Shown piece after piece: positions 23,660-24,000 of a DNA stretch of 24,000 nucleotides (position 1 is the first letter of the stretch; each line of letters begins with the position of its first letter). The DNA is from Thiohalospira sp. (lineage in GTDB: Bacteria; Pseudomonadota; Gammaproteobacteria; Thiohalospirales; Thiohalospiraceae), in assembly GCF_046546335.1 (NCBI RefSeq), contig NZ_JBKGYA010000001.1; one strand, written 5' to 3'. The notes beneath the pieces are model-generated. The model saw only the letters and a list, made by a program, of their open reading frames with translations. It was not told the origin of the DNA and ran no database searches. The position numbers and the translations under genes were made by a program.

Positions 23660-24000
23660 GAGTCCTCTCCCAGCAGTTCCAGCAGGGCAGCGCGCGCCCG
23701 CAGGCGGTCACGCCGGACGGCCAGATGGTTGGTCCCGGTCTCCAGCAAGGCGACCTCGGCACGCAGGACGGCGTAGGCGTCGCCGGCATCGCTGCGGTAG
23801 CTGTCGCGGGCCGCCTCCCGGCGCGCCCGCGCCCGGGGGAGCAGGTCCTCCCGGTAGGCGACATCGCGCTCCTCCAGGGTCTCGAGGCTGGCCCGCTCCA
23901 CCGCCAGGCGGCGTTCCAGCCGCCGCCGGGTCTCGGCGACCGCGGCCTGACCGGCGCTCACCCCGGCGCGGGCGGCGGCCAGCTCGCGGTCCTGGCGGTC
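23656..24000 (-). CDS. cusC: TolC-family outer membrane factor, C-terminal end (5' part outside the window)
   Basis: The frame stays open to the window edge (...DRQDRELAAARAGVSAGQAAVAETRRRLERRLAVERASLETLE...YRSDAGDAYAVLRAEVALLE...). This is the coiled-coil repeat typical of OMF C-termini. The stop overlaps the cusB start. Confidence 0.65.
   Translation of the reverse strand, partial: DRQDRELAAARAGVSAGQAAVAETRRRLERRLAVERASLETLEERDVAYREDLLPRARARREAARDSYRSDAGDAYAVLRAEVALLETGTNHLAVRRDRLRARAALLELLGEDS

Noticed and set aside
1-24000. Scan for CRISPR arrays, tRNA/rRNA genes, IS elements, integrases or long tandem repeats
   Set aside because: I found no regularly spaced repeats, cloverleaf-like segments, transposase or integrase motifs by eye. 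Intergenic spaces are short and are explained by promoters and terminators.

Overview
High-GC proteobacterial chromosomal segment. A photoactive yellow protein (PYP) gene suggests a halophilic purple gammaproteobacterium of the Halorhodospira/Ectothiorhodospiraceae type (inference only). Left to right: a Fur-box-fronted iron-uptake pair on the minus strand (TonB-dependent receptor, then a partial PepSY/PiuB-like gene); a translationally coupled EVE-domain and GST-like pair; a hypothetical gene with a clean terminator. Next is a visibly AT-richer ~2 kb accessory islet with an XRE-HTH/ImmA-IrrE metallopeptidase fusion overlapping a PIN-like nuclease gene, plus a divergently transcribed toxin-less Phd/YefM antitoxin. 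Then core genes ilvA, rpiA, DUF2905, a PA0069-type radical SAM gene and a SprA-related protein. Then an RND efflux pair (adaptor and permease) followed by a small acidic orphan ORF. Then the PYP chromophore operon: pyp, pcl, and a 125-aa skeleton of tyrosine ammonia-lyase that lacks the catalytic core. Then a small membrane protein, YheU and an HDOD protein. Finally a minus-strand cusCBA-type copper/silver efflux operon, with cusC partial at the window edge. I saw no rRNA, tRNA, CRISPR array, transposase or integrase. Many long ORFs in the track are high-GC shadow frames and were rejected. Best second-look candidates: the protease-fused XRE/PIN module with its orphan antitoxin, the eroded in-frame tal relic still start-stop coupled to pcl, the periodic TGyAyAA repeats upstream of pyp, and a carrier-protein-like motif at the N-terminus of pCL.
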